64,000 nt of DNA from Octopus sinensis. Lineage: Eukaryota. The notes below the pieces were generated by a model. It was not told the DNA's origin and did not search any database. It saw only the letters and a list, made by a program, of their open reading frames with translations. Position 1 is the first letter of the stretch; the number at the start of each line of letters is the position of its first letter. Location of the stretch: positions 16,864,001 to 16,928,000 of the forward strand of contig NC_043010.1 of the NCBI RefSeq assembly GCF_006345805.1, written 5' to 3'. The translations under genes were made by a program, and so were the position numbers. Below, in pieces: positions 40,286 through 53,068 of the stretch.

Positions 40286-40916
40286 GGGGCTTCACCAGAC
40301 CTGCATGGACCCCATAAACTTGATCTGTACTCACCTCTGGCCGTTTCATATTGCCATTTTCCATTTACACTCATCCTATATTCCCCCCTCGTGCTATCCA
40401 TCACTTTCTAATCTCTCTCCTCTCTTGTGCTAGCGTCATAATTGCTACCAACTGCTACAATTGCTCAGAAGACAAGAGTTTTCTCAAAGACTTAATAACC
40501 TTTCTATTGCTGATGGCATGAAAAATATACCCAGAACTCTGCATAAAACGATTGGTGCTAGGAAGGACATCCAGCCATAGAAATAGTGGCAAAAATGGTG
40601 GTTCCCTCACTCATTTAAGAGAATAAAAAGGATTTGTCCAACCCATGCCAGCATGTAAAATGGACATAAAATGATGACAATAACAATAGTGTTGTTTCGA
40701 AATGCGGAGTAGATAAAACAGGGGACAACTGATGAAGGGACTGTTCTTTATGTTGCCTGTCTCGTTTCTCTGTTTGTTTCTTTCGTTGCTTGAAAAAAAA
40801 AGTTCGTTTTCCATGTTTTTGTTTTTTTTATGTTCTCATTTCTCCTTTTGTTCATCAATAATGTTTCATTTATTAGAGCTTTTTATTGTTCAAAATGTTA
40901 TATATATATATATATA

Positions 40917-41302
40917 CAGGCGCAGGAGTGGCTGTATGGTAAGTAGCTTGCTAACCAACCACATGATTCCGGGTTCAGTCCCACTGCGTGGCATCTTGGG
41001 CAAGTGTCTTCTGCTATAGCCCCGGGCCGACCAATGCCTTGTGAGTGGATTTGGTAGACGGAAACTGAAAGAAGCCTGTCGTATATATGTGTGTTTGTGT
41101 TTGTGTTTGTCCCCCTAGCATTGCTTGACAACCGATGCTGGTGTGTTTACGTCCCCGTCACTTAGCGGTTCGGCTAAAGAGACTGATAGAATAAGTACTG
41201 GGCTTACAAAGAATAAGTCCTGGGGTCGATTTGCTCGACTAAAGGCGGTGCTCCAGCATAGCCGCAGTCAAATGACTGAAACATGTAAAAGAGTAAAAGA
41301 GT
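40917..41302 (+). mobile_element. SINE family A, full length (only plus-strand copy with the A tail)
   Basis: Complete structure. Confidence 0.9.
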
Positions 41303-41324
41303 ATATATATATATACATAAAAAC

Positions 41325-41495
41325 ATCCATTACACTCTTGGAGTGGTTGGCATTAGGAAGGGCATCCAGCCATAGAAAACCATGCCAAATCAGACTGGAG
41401 TCGGGTGCAGCCTTCCAGCGTGCCAGCCCCAGTCAAACCATCCAACCCATACCAGCATGAACAACGGACGTCGAATGATGATGATGATGATGATG
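41325..41495 (+). mobile_element. RTE-type tail
   Basis: Family tail motif and (GAT)n. Confidence 0.8.
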
Positions 41496-42534
41496 ATATA
41501 TGTGTGTGTATATATATATTTTTTCTACAAATGGAAAGGTTTTAATCCATTTTTGCCAAAATAAAATCATAAAATATTTTTTTCTGAGGGCTGTGAAACT
41601 CCTAAATACCTTAAAAATAAAAGACTTTTCTTCCTCCAAATCGAATTCTGCCAAACGTATTACTGGGCAAATATTGGGGGGAAAATAAGTGACTCACTAA
41701 ATTTTCTCCTATTCAAGATTTTGTAAGCCTGCTTCCTTGACATCTCCCTAATGGAAGGCTTAGTTATCAAGAAGAAATGTTGAAGAAAATGGTAACCCTA
41801 CTTGGTCAGCAGCACAGCTAGAATTGGTGCCAACTGGAGCAGTCATTGAATTTAGCCTCTCCACCATGAGAAATACATGATATATTTATAAAATGCCATT
41901 GAAAATGAAGTTACAGCTCATGGAGGAGCGGACCCAACCCTTTTAGTTATGCTATCGTGTCAGACAGATGTTGGGGATTACAGTTTTCTCTAATAACAAA
42001 CGTCTTAGGTCCCAGAACATTTGTGTGAAACGAAGGAACCAGCTAAGAAGAACTCAACCAGGGATTGATTTGTCCAAAACGGATGACCTCATTGTCTGGT
42101 GGTTGTATTTTAATAAAGCTATACTTTTCTACACACGCACCTAATCACCATTAATATTTTATTTGCTCACATGGAAGAGAATGTCTCTTCAAATTGGATC
42201 AGTTACCAGAGACAAACACACAAAACTGTAATGATATTCAAGTCTGAAACAGCAGCTTCTATTCGGCTTCTCTACGCTGTTCTTTCTTTCAGTTTACGGC
42301 TGAATTAACAGCATGTGAGATTAACAGTGTTGAATCTACGATAACAATGTTGTACATATACTATATACTAGTGCATTGTATATATATATATTATGACAAT
42401 GCTGTAGATACCAATATTAGTGTTGTATATAATATATGAATTGTGTATATTATAAAAGTGTTACTCTCTTATACTTGTTTCAGTCATTTGACTGTGGCCA
42501 TGCTGGAGTACTGCCTGTTGTATATAACAGCATT

Positions 42535-42930
42535 CATCATCATCATCATCATCATTTAACGTCCGTTTTCCATGCTAGCATGGGTTGGACGGTTTTGACT
42601 GAGGGCTGGCAACCAGATGGCTGCACCAGGGTCCAGTCTGATCTGGCAAAGAGTTTCTACAGCTGGATGCTCTTCTAACGCCAACACTCCGAGAGTGTAG
42701 TGGGTGCTTTTTACATGCCACCTGCATGGGGGCCAGTCAGGCGGTACTGGCAATGACCTCGCTCGAATCTTTTTACACGTTCCCACCGACACAGGTGCCA
42801 GTGAAGCGACGTTGGTAAGGATCACGCTCGAATGGTGCCCTTTTACGTGCCACGGGTACGGAAGCCAGTTGGCTGCTCTGTCAACGATCACAACGATCAC
42901 GCTCGGATGGTGTCATTATACATACTATAT
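42535..42930 (-). mobile_element. RTE-type UTR/tail, preceded by a SINE A tail stub at 42462-42515
   Basis: Reverse complement of the family tail. Confidence 0.8.
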
Positions 42931-43504
42931 CCATAGAACTTATAAAAGTAGTGGATATTGTGCCTATCAAACATGAAAATATTTGATAACATCAATCCTT
43001 TTACTGATTTCCCTGCAGTGAATCAAGAATTTTATAATAAAAGTTATTTTCTTTTCATTTCACATTTACTAGTTCCAGACAGGTCATCCATGTCCATGTA
43101 TTTACCTGTTTCTCGTAGCCATCATTGTTGTTTTTATGTCTGCTTGTTCCATGCTGGTATGGGTTAGACAAGTATTATAATATGCATGTGTGTGTGTGTG
43201 TATCACCTGTTAGTATCCATCGTCCATACTGGCATGGTTGGACACAAATTTCTTTATTTAATCAGCAGAAACTACAAAATTATCCAAGAACTAAGAATCA
43301 AGGGAACTCAAACTTTCTGGCCCCTGGGTCATTTGTAACTTTTGTCAATTGAAAAAAAAAAAAAAAAAAAAGAAATAGTAACTCAGGTTTTGAGTTCTGT
43401 TCATCCTGTTGTGTATTACCAAACATATAAATATATATAACTAAATATACATATATATATATATTTATATATAGTTATAATATTATATATATATATATAT
43501 ATAT

Positions 43505-44185
43505 GATAAGGGTAAAATTAATTAATAATTAATAATTCCACCCGGGTGAATTTCGTTATTTTCTTTCTCTGCCTACGTGATATGTTTTTGAGCATATATT
43601 GTCTGAGAGTTGTTTCTTACAGTAGAAGAAATAGCTAGTTTCTTTGGTTGCTATTTCTAAAGTTTGGTGTGTGGTGAAGCAAATTCTTTTGCCTAACCCT
43701 TATTATAATATATATACTTATGTGGTCTGTGTACATCCATCTGTGTATTTTGATGTATATATGTATATTAATGGTTTAGTATGCGTATATACTGTTGTAT
43801 TAATTGAATTATATTTCATATATAATTAATGACAATATGTATTTTGAATCCGCTCTTCGATTTAAGATTTTTCCTCGATTTTTATAATTCATAATTTATA
43901 TTTAATTCATTTATTTTGTTAATTTTGTTCATCAATGCTTAAGACCATTATTTGAAAGGACCAATGAAACAAATCCATTTTTGAAGGTGTATCCTTCAAC
44001 TAGTTTTCATTATATTGTTATTTCCGTTCTGTTTTAACAAAACTGTCCGACGAATGGGAATGTGAAACTCTGAGTAACAGCTTTTGTTATATTTCTGCTG
44101 CTTTTAAATAAAGCATATTACTCTACCTCTAGTATTTGAGTACTCCCTTTTCCACCTTGTTTCACATTTATGTGCCTACTCCAGT
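43505..44185 (+). mobile_element. (TA)n-flanked element, probably Penelope-derived
   Basis: (TA)n on both sides; carries a decayed hammerhead at 44041-44082. Confidence 0.45.
44041..44082 (+). ncRNA. Decayed minimal hammerhead motif
   Basis: AACUGU-CCGACGA-AUG-GGAA-UGU-GAAA-C-UCUGA-G-UA-ACAGCU; stem II restores to ACG-GGAA-CGU by reversing two CpG transitions. Confidence 0.5.
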
Positions 44186-44277
44186 ATATATATATATATA
44201 TCATTATATATAATTATATATTATTTACGCACACACATATACACACACACATACATATATTAATATATATCGATATT

Positions 44278-44312
<35 letters not shown>

Positions 44313-44381
44313 CTATATATATAAATATATATATATATATACACACACACCTATATATATAAATATATATATATATACACC

Positions 44382-44418
<37 letters not shown>

Positions 44419-44479
44419 GTACATATATATATATATATGAAAATCGTCCCACCCCAACAAAAATGATGTCCTAAAAGCA

Positions 44480-45582
44480 TTCAATTTATATCTGCCTTCA
44501 TCAAGCATTCCTCCTCACCTCTCATTCCTCCCCCTAATATCCAGCCTTTCATCACTCCTCTGTCTACAGCACTACTCAAGAGCTGTAATCATCTGAGAGC
44601 AGTATATTACTACTGTCCCCTTTCTTAGCACTACCAGTTATCTCCTTCCTCATTCGAAAACACTTCCACCCCACCTTGTCCCTATTATCCTCCCTTCACA
44701 TACTATTTTCTGCTATTAGTTATCTCCCTTCTCTACCCTGTTTTAACACCTAACATATCTACCACCTTTCTCAACACCCTCTCATTGCCACCATCACTAT
44801 AGCCACCCTCATGTACCCTACAGCTTCCTCCTCACCACTCCTACATCATACCCACCTTCTGCTCTCTCCTCCTTTTTATGCTACTCCTATCACTTCCACC
44901 TTACACCTTTCATACTGATATTTCTCATCAACCACACCTCCACCCTTGTTCATCACCCACTACATTCACCCCACCCCCAATCTCTAACCATCTGTTACTT
45001 TCACCTCACCCCTTATGCTAGTATCCACCCTCTTCTCCCCTTCTATATCCCCTTCCTGTACCTTGCAGTTTTCTCTGGTCCTCCATCACCACCTTTTTTC
45101 ACCTCCCTCCCAACTGCTTCCACTGACCCCTATATAATACATATTTCTTTATTACCCACAAGGGCTAAACATAGATGGGACAAACAAGGGCAGACATAGG
45201 TATTAAGTCGATTCCATCGACTCCAGTGCGTAACTGGTACTTAATTTATCGACCCCGAATGGATGAAAGGCAAAGTCGACCTCGGCGGAATTTGAACTCA
45301 CAGCGTAAGACAGACGAAATATGGCTACGCATTTCGCCCGGCGTGCTAACGTTTCTGCCAGCTCGCCGCCTAGGGGAGCCATGCCTCTCTCCTAATGCAA
45401 GACATTTTTCTATCCCTCAAAACTGCTCTCTCTCTGCCCAGTTGAAGGGTCAAGTCCAGCAAGTTGTCTGCTGACCTCAATGCTGGTACAGTCTTCTGAC
45501 TCTGCCAGTTCCAGTCAAACCATCCTCCTACCTATGCCAGCATGGGAAACATGTGGAGAATGAGGATGATGATGATGATGAT
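44480..45582 (+). mobile_element. RTE C/T-rich UTR and tail, interrupted by SINE M
   Basis: 44730-45100 homologous to 32900-33300; tail at 45500-45582. Confidence 0.65.
45141..45370 (-). mobile_element. SINE family M, young CpG-intact copy
   Basis: Full structure. Confidence 0.9.
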
Positions 45583-45661
45583 TTATACCTATATATATAT
45601 ATAACATTATTGGTGAATTGAAGAAATGGAGCTGAACGCAGATTGAACAGAAATCGTTTTA

Positions 45662-45750
45662 TTTCATTCTACACGTGTTTCGAAAGGCACAAATTACCAA
45701 AATTCGATTGAATAATGGGACCATATTGGTCTTTCTCTTCAGGAAAAAAT
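45662..45750 (-). ncRNA. Minimal type-I hammerhead ribozyme (left arm)
   Basis: CUGAAGA (45742-45736), stem II GAAAG/CUUUC, GAAA-C-ACGU-G-UA, predicted cut after 45670. Confidence 0.75.
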
Positions 45751-45792
45751 AGGAAATCCGTTGGAAAACAAAAAAAGAAACTGTGTCTCTTG

Positions 45793-46071
45793 CGTGTCTC
45801 CAACCATTACGCAACTTTTCGGGACATGAACAAGCGCCAGACCACGGACTCAGTAAGCTAATATGGCGACTGAAGGATACAACTTAAGCTCCAGGCTGGA
45901 ATGGTAAATTTGTCGGTGGCCCTCCCATTTGATAGGGGCAGAAGGCAGTGCAACCTTTGTGTCTCCGAACTCTTCCATATTTTGTTTGCCAGAGGCCGGA
46001 TGGTAAACGGGCTTTTACAGTCGGCTTTTCGATGCCCCATTGGCGCGTTACACTTATCTGCTGTTAAATAG
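45793..46071 (+). pseudogene. Penelope-type GIY-YIG endonuclease C-terminal remnant
   Basis: RVSNHYATFRDMNKRQTT / LSKLIWRLKD / LEW*I / RGRRQCNLCVSELFHILF across frames resembles PLE R..NH..SFR......T.LSK.IW.LK...W.I.......RCNLCL.EK..IL. Confidence 0.7.
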
Positions 46072-46653
46072 CGTTTATAAATAATACCGGCACCCATAGC
46101 CCTTGGTAAGAAATTCTGAAATAGCCTTTAAGATATCTACGATTAACCACTGCAAGGGGAATTACTCCTGTAAGACAAACGGGGCTTGGTTTTTCACAGC
46201 GGGGGGCTTCCTTGACAAGGCAGGCTTGATGAACACACACCACACATAAAACATAAATATATATATTTTTTTTCTGCCACCCAACGGTTCTCGCGGCAGT
46301 AGCCACTGACAGCCGAACGATCAAAACGCACACACGTACACAAAAATGTTTTCTACCCCTACGCCAACACACACATATATAGAACAGTATACCACACAAC
46401 ACGTCTCTAAGTAGATTTTTTCTCGCCCCTTATAAAACATCCAATATTCCTTAAATAGTCAGAACTTATCTCGGTCACAAAGAACACCCACACACCTCAC
46501 CCACATGGTTGACCGATGCCTGACCCTTAAATTCTTCAGCCACCGGTTCTCAACATACACTGATAAACAGTTTCGCCATGGGCTCTTAGGAGCATAGTTC
46601 GATTGTTTTTGCTCTGCCTCGGTTCTGTTTTTGTTTTTCCAACGGATTTCCTA

Positions 46654-46743
46654 TTTTTTTCCTGAAAGAGAAAGACACAATATGGTCCCATTATTCATCG
46701 GATTTTGGTAATTTGTGCCTTTCGAAACACGTGTAGAATGAAT
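46654..46743 (+). ncRNA. Minimal type-I hammerhead ribozyme (right arm)
   Basis: CUGAAAGA (one extra A), stem II GAAAG-A-CACAA/UUGUG-C-CUUUC, GAAA-C-ACGU-G-UA (46724-46735). Confidence 0.7.
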
Positions 46744-46956
46744 GAAAAACGATTTCTGTTCAATCTGCGTTCAGCTCCATTTCTTCAATTCACCAATAAT
46801 GTTTAATTTCAATTATCCGCACCAACGCACGGTTGCAACACCATATGGTTGTACCTCCAACCGTGCTGTTTACTGCTGTGATTTTTGCTACTAAGGTATC
46901 GGGTAATCTTTTGATTAATCTACTACAAGATTATTCATCTTTCTATTTCCACATAA

Positions 46957-46991
<35 letters not shown>

Positions 46992-47307
46992 TCATAAATA
47001 CATATAATATACATATCAATATAAATGTGTGTATATATATATATATTATATGGTGGATTCTCTCATCAAAGACGATGAATGAGGGTTCAGTAAATAACCT
47101 TCATATATATACATATATATAAAACATATATATATATGTGTGTGTGTGTGTTTATATTGATATGTATATATATGTATTTATGAATATATATATACCGTCC
47201 AACCCATGCTAGCATGGAAAGCGGACGTTAAACGATGATGATGATGATGATGATATGTATTTATAAATATATATAATGTATGTATATATGTATGTATGTA
47301 TGTATGT

Positions 47308-47340
<33 letters not shown>

Positions 47341-47861
47341 CAGATGCAGTTATGGTTGTCTGGTTAAGAAATTCACTGCAGGACACTTTGTTTTCGGCAG
47401 GCATGGTCCCAGGAAGGGGGGAGGGGCAGAAGGTCAGAAGGGAATACAATTCCAGGAGAAAAGGGCATAGTAACATCATTTAGAAGGGGGCACTTCTTTT
47501 CTTGAGAGGGGCACATGTCCCTCCCTCCGGACCCCCTCACCCTTGGGTCTGCCCTTGTTTGGTTATAGTACCAGATTGACTAATTCCTTGGGAGTTGACC
47601 AATGCTTTGGCAGACTTTCCAAGAAAAATGGTTGAGTTGCAAAGCGTGAAGTTTGTTGTCATTTCCTCTGTTAACATCAAACTGTCATGGAGTTTGTAAG
47701 GCTAAACTCCAACATAATGCATGAAATGTATTTATAAGTATTTATAACCCTCACCCCACACACACACACTCTTACACACACATGTGTGTTTGTGTAAAGC
47801 TGTTTCTCTCTCTCTACACATATATATATATGTGTGTGTATATATGCACACACACGCACAC

Positions 47862-47908
<47 letters not shown>

Positions 47909-47923
47909 TAGATAGTTAGAGAT

Positions 47924-47975
<52 letters not shown>

Positions 47976-48458
47976 TGTTTCTTTATTAGCCACACAGGGA
48001 TGCACACAGACAGGACAAAATTACAAGGTAGAGCTTTTCTTTTGGGGGTAAAAGAAGGGGGTTTGGTTTTCGATCAAAAGGGATCGTAAATGGAAAGAAA
48101 GAGGACAAAAAAGGGGGGGGATAAAATTTAAAAAAAAATAAAAAAGATAGATAGACAGATAAATAGAGAGATAGAGAGACAGATAGACAGACAGACAGAC
48201 AGATAGATAGATAGAGATAGATGTAGATAGATAGATAGATAGATAAAGATATAAATATTCATATATATATATGAGTGTCTATCTAAAACTAAGAAGCTGA
48301 AACTTTGAAGGCCACATTTCCCCTTTTTCTTGTAAAAATATAATTTGTACTCTACAAAAAGTGTTGAGTCCAGTGTATTCAGTTGAAGGTAAAATTGTTT
48401 TTGACATTAAAAAGAAACTCTCTCTCTTACACACACACACAAATACTTATTCATGTGG

Positions 48459-48489
<31 letters not shown>

Positions 48490-48682
48490 TATTTCTGTAT
48501 GTATAGGTGGATGTGCAAACTCAATACATGTTGTGTTCACTACCTGTCGAAATGTTTTCCATGTTTTTAACTGTTTACAGTCATACACGTTATATATTGG
48601 TGTCTATGCATGTGTGTGTGTGTGTGCATGCGTACATGTGTATGTATGTATGTGTGTATATATATGTATATATGTATGTATA

Positions 48683-48915
48683 TATATTTCTTTACTACCC
48701 ACAAGGGGCTAAACACAGAGGGGACAAACAAGGACAGACAAATGGATTAAGTTGATATATCGACCCCTGTGCATAACTGGTACTTATTTAATTGACCCCG
48801 AAAGCATGAAGGGCAAAGTCGACCTTGACGGAATTTGAACTCAGAAAGTAACGGCAGACGAAATACGGCTACGCATTTTGCCCGGTGTGCTAACGTTTCT
48901 GCTAGCTCGTCGCCT
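48683..48915 (-). mobile_element. SINE family M
   Basis: Full structure. Confidence 0.85.
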
Positions 48916-49034
48916 TATTATATATGTATGTATATATGTATGTATGTGTATATATATATATATATATATAATATATATATATAATATATATATTATATAT
49001 ATATTATATATATATTATGTATATGTAATATATG

Positions 49035-49089
<55 letters not shown>

Positions 49090-49135
49090 TATATAATTAT
49101 ATATATATGTATGTATGTATGTATATATATTATGT

Positions 49136-49166
<31 letters not shown>

Positions 49167-49755
49167 TATGTATATATATATGTATATATATGTATGTATG
49201 TAGCTGAAATTTATAGAAAAGCAAAAGACGGAAGCTAGGTGTGTGAAGATGAAGCAAGTGTATTAGTTTGATGCTCGGGAAAAATGGGAAGATCTTTTAT
49301 GTTTTGAGCCCACACCCTTTGACAGAAAGGAAAAAGAGAAAATAAACAATGAGAGAAGGGAAAAAAACTTGTAGATTTCTGTGGTCCAGCATGATGAATG
49401 ATTAGCAAAAAAAAAAAAAAAACCAGACTTCACAACCAATCTTATTCTAAATATGAACAAATTAACTGATGATCAGTTACCTGAAACTCTGACAAACAGT
49501 TTGTGAAGTCAACCACAATAGAACACTATATTACTCTTCTTGGGATTCAAGGGCCATTTCCCCCACTCTGTTTTACGTCTATGTACTTGTGTGTGTGTGT
49601 GTGTGTGTACATATATACTATAAATATATATTTTTACATACACACACACACACACACACAGATATATATGTGCGTGTGTGTGTGTGTGTGTATGTGTATG
49701 CTTGCATGTGTGTATGCGACTGAGTACTAATGTGTATATATAAATACATACATAC

Positions 49756-49979
49756 CTGTATGGTATATTCCCATCATCATCATCATCGTCGTCGTCGTCA
49801 TCATCATCATCATCATCCTCATCATCCTCATCATCATCCTCATCTTCCTCCTCCTCCTCTTCATCATCCTCGTCATCATCCTCATCTTCCTCATCAAAAT
49901 CATCATCAGTAGCCCCACCATCATCATCATCATATCATCATCTTCTCATCATTATCAACATCATAACTAAACACGTCAA

Positions 49980-50015
<36 letters not shown>

Positions 50016-51386
50016 AATCATCGTCATCTTCGTTACCATCACAGATACAATCGTCGTGGCATTCATCCTCATCGCCACCACCGTCATCCTCCTCCTCCTC
50101 ACCACCACCACCACCACCACCTCCGTCGTCATCGTCATCATCATCATCATCATCACACACATCACCGGCATCACAGAGAGTCTCCTCCTGTTGAGTTGTC
50201 ATCAAATCGTGTTGTGCAGAGACGTCTTCTGTCAGTGCATTCGCATCACAGCTGTCTCTCCTGCACGCTGCGCTGCCGTTGTTGTTGTTGTTGTTGTTGT
50301 TGCTGGTGGAGGCGGTGGTGGTGGTGGGTGTGGTGGGTGTTGTGGGGGCACTGTTGTTTTTGTAAGGGGTCGTGGAGTTGATATTCTTACTTTTGTTGTT
50401 GTTGTTTGCTGTGCTGGTGGTGGTGGTGGTGGTGGTGGTGGTGTTTGTACTGGTTGTACTGGCAGTGGTGGTGCTGGTAGTGGTGGTGGTGGTGGTGGTG
50501 GTGGCAGGGTTTGTGATGCTTGTACTGGTGGTGGTGGTTGTGGTTGCGGTGGTGGTGGTGGTGGGGGGAACTGTTCTTGTTGGTATTGTTGTTGTTGTTG
50601 TTGTTGTTGCTGACAATGGCTGTGGCACCATTGCTGTTGTTGTTGTTTTTGTTAATGTTACAGTTATTGTTACTGGTATCGGTTGTGTTATTGTTGCTGT
50701 TGTTGTCGTTGTCACTGGAAGGGGAGGAGGTGGTGGTGGTGGTGGCAGCGGTGGTGGTGGTGGCGGCGGCGGTGGTGTGGTCGCTGGTTTCCTTGTTGCT
50801 GATCTTGTTGTTCTGTTCGCTGTCGGTAGCGATGCGAACCGACTCAAGCGCAGCGATAGCATCCATCAGTGAAGCGAGTCTGGCAGGGAAGGTGCACAGG
50901 TGTGGTGCAAGGCGGAGGCAGTGCCGAGGAGGAGGAGGAGGAGGAGGAAGAGGAGGCTGTGGTTGTGCTATTAATGGCAATGCAAGGAGGAGGAGGAGGA
51001 GGAGGCAGAAGAGGAGGCGGAGGCAGAGGAGGCGGAGGCAGTGGAGGCGGAGGTGGAGGTGGAGGAGGCGGAGATTGGATTTGTTCATCAGGGAGAATTC
51101 TCGTGCATGTCTGCTGCTTCAGCTCGTGGCAGACAACCGAAGTTTGAAGAAGTGTGCAGTCACTTGCTGAGTGGCAGCAACTGTTTGGTGGTGGTGGTGG
51201 TGGTGGTGGTGGTGGTGGTGGTGGGGGAGAGTGTGGAGTAGTATTGTGCTTAATCTGTGTGTGTATAGACCGTAGTAGGGTGGTGGTGGTTGTGGCGGTG
51301 GTGGTGGTGGGTGGTGTTAATAGAGTGATATGTAGTGATGTGGAAACGTGTGTTGTTGGATCCAGCTCGTCTTTCATGCTGTTGAC
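49756..51386 (-). CDS. Candidate large internal exon encoding a low-complexity Pro/Thr/Asn/Asp-rich segment; three +1 frame breaks
   Basis: ttttgattttAG acceptor at 51388-51387 and CAG|GTATGT donor at 49756; only triplet repeats inside, with dinucleotide repeats starting at the donor; CpG-rich; first and last codons are in the same frame; no recognisable domain. Confidence 0.5.
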
Positions 51387-52215
51387 CTAAAATCAAAAGC
51401 ATTCCAACCTTGGCCACCCACTTTTAATTCTTTTCCATGCATTGAAATAGGGTATCTAGGAATACATAATTCAAGGTGTTCTCTCCTTATTTAAGATAGC
51501 GGCGTTGAATGTGAGGGAAATTTGACTGTTATTGCTAGGAATGTGATGTGGCTGATGGCAGTGGGGGGACATATTATTATTATGTCAGGATGGGGTCACA
51601 AATGAATTAAATTATTAGATGTAGAAAAGGGAATCTGCTGAAGTCATCCTTACCATCATCATCATCATCATAGCTAATAACCCTGACCCTCCAATGCCAC
51701 CATCACAACAACTCTACCAAATTCTTTCAACCACCACCACCACCTTAACCATACTATCATCACATCTTGTAACATTATCACCTCAAGCCAATTAAATGGT
51801 GTTTCAACATGCTAGAAATAACAGCAAAAATTCCATCAGTACTCAGCCTGCCATTTTCAGAAAGAAAGGGACATGTTCTAAGTTCTAGTTCTAAATTCAC
51901 TGAAAGGCAAGATGTCATGGTTGGAACGGTCTTGATCATAGGTCAGCTGAGGCAGTCAGACCTTGAGATCTAAACAACAACATCACTATCATAATCTTCA
52001 CCACCTGCCACCACCACCACCACCACCACCACCACCACCACCACACCACCACACCACCACCACCACCACCACCACCACCACCACTCCTCTTTCAACCACG
52101 TTTTTCACCAATGTTTTACCATCAGATGTCTACATGTATGTAAATGTTTACACACACACACCACACACACACACACATAAATATATATATGTATATATAT
52201 ATATATATATCTATA

Positions 52216-52237
<22 letters not shown>

Positions 52238-52254
<17 letters not shown>

Positions 52255-52534
52255 ATCTAGTTTCAGCTCACGAGCTGTGGCCATGCTGGGGCACCGCCAT
52301 TTGGTGTTGCTACATGATTTTACTTCACGAATGCTTTTTAGCAACTGCCATTTGGTGCATGAGAGAGTTCGATGCAGCTACCCTCATCTGCACCTCCTGC
52401 TGTGAAGTTGGTTCATCCGGGACACCTGACGGGTAGAGATCCAGTCCTACTTTAAAGACATCCGCATCCTGGAAGAGCTGTGGGCCTCTGAAGCCCAGGC
52501 TATCACAGTATCTTGTCCTACATCTTGATGGCAA
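52238..52534 (-). mobile_element. CR1/L2-group LINE 3' end with hairpin tail and poly(A)
   Basis: CDSLGFRGPQLF..DVFKVGLD..SGVPDEPT..RVAASNSLMHQ resembles the SxxFxGPxLFN..FK..LD..L..VPDEP..AAxSNSL C-terminus; tail then A17. Confidence 0.75.
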
Positions 52535-52766
52535 ATATATATATATATATATATATATATTGGTAAAACGGTAAGATGACAAAAGAAAGAAAGAGACCTC
52601 AATATTATGTAAATAGAGGAAATTTATCTATACAATAATATGTTACATTACTCGAGATATATATATATATATTTATATTTATTTATATATATTATATATT
52701 ATATATATATTTAATATATATATATATATATATACAAAATATATATTATATATATATATATATATA

Positions 52767-52898
52767 TACAAAATTTAGAGAACTGACTACTAAAAGTAGA
52801 CAGCCTATACGCTAGATATAGAAACCAATATCTATTTTGGCATCTATATCTAGCGTATAGGCTGTCCACTTTTAGTGATCAGTTCTCTAAATTTTGTA
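52767..52898. repeat. ~56-bp-arm foldback (3 mismatches, 20-nt loop)
   Basis: TACAAAATTTAGAGAACTGA..CAGCCTATACGCTAGATATAGA versus its reverse complement at 52843-52898. Confidence 0.9.
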
Positions 52899-53035
52899 TG
52901 TAAAAAAATTTTTAATCTTCGGATTTTTGTAAAATATGCTAGGCCACTGGTTTTAATTGATTAATATCAATTTCTACCCTTATTTAATTTTAAATATATA
53001 TATATATATATAGATAGATAGATAGATAGATAGAT

Positions 53036-53068
<33 letters not shown>

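Larger units (their letters stand above)
45603..46955 (+). mobile_element. 5'-truncated Penelope-like element with inverted pseudo-LTR
   Basis: 45603-45785 is the reverse complement of 46620-46803; right repeat continues ~150 bp; GIY-YIG remnant inside; hammerhead in each arm; (TA)n flanks. Confidence 0.8.

Noticed and set aside
41700-42150. Possible transposase remnant (SWRSGPNPFSYAI)
   Set aside because: Only a vague resemblance to WPPxSPDLNPxDY, with no supporting motifs
49460-49502. CUGAUGA..GAAAC-UCUGA hammerhead-like string
   Set aside because: No NUH triplet and no independent stem I
50844-50890. Programmed ribosomal frameshifting in the candidate exon
   Set aside because: No slippery heptamer or stimulatory structure; homopolymer indel error is simpler
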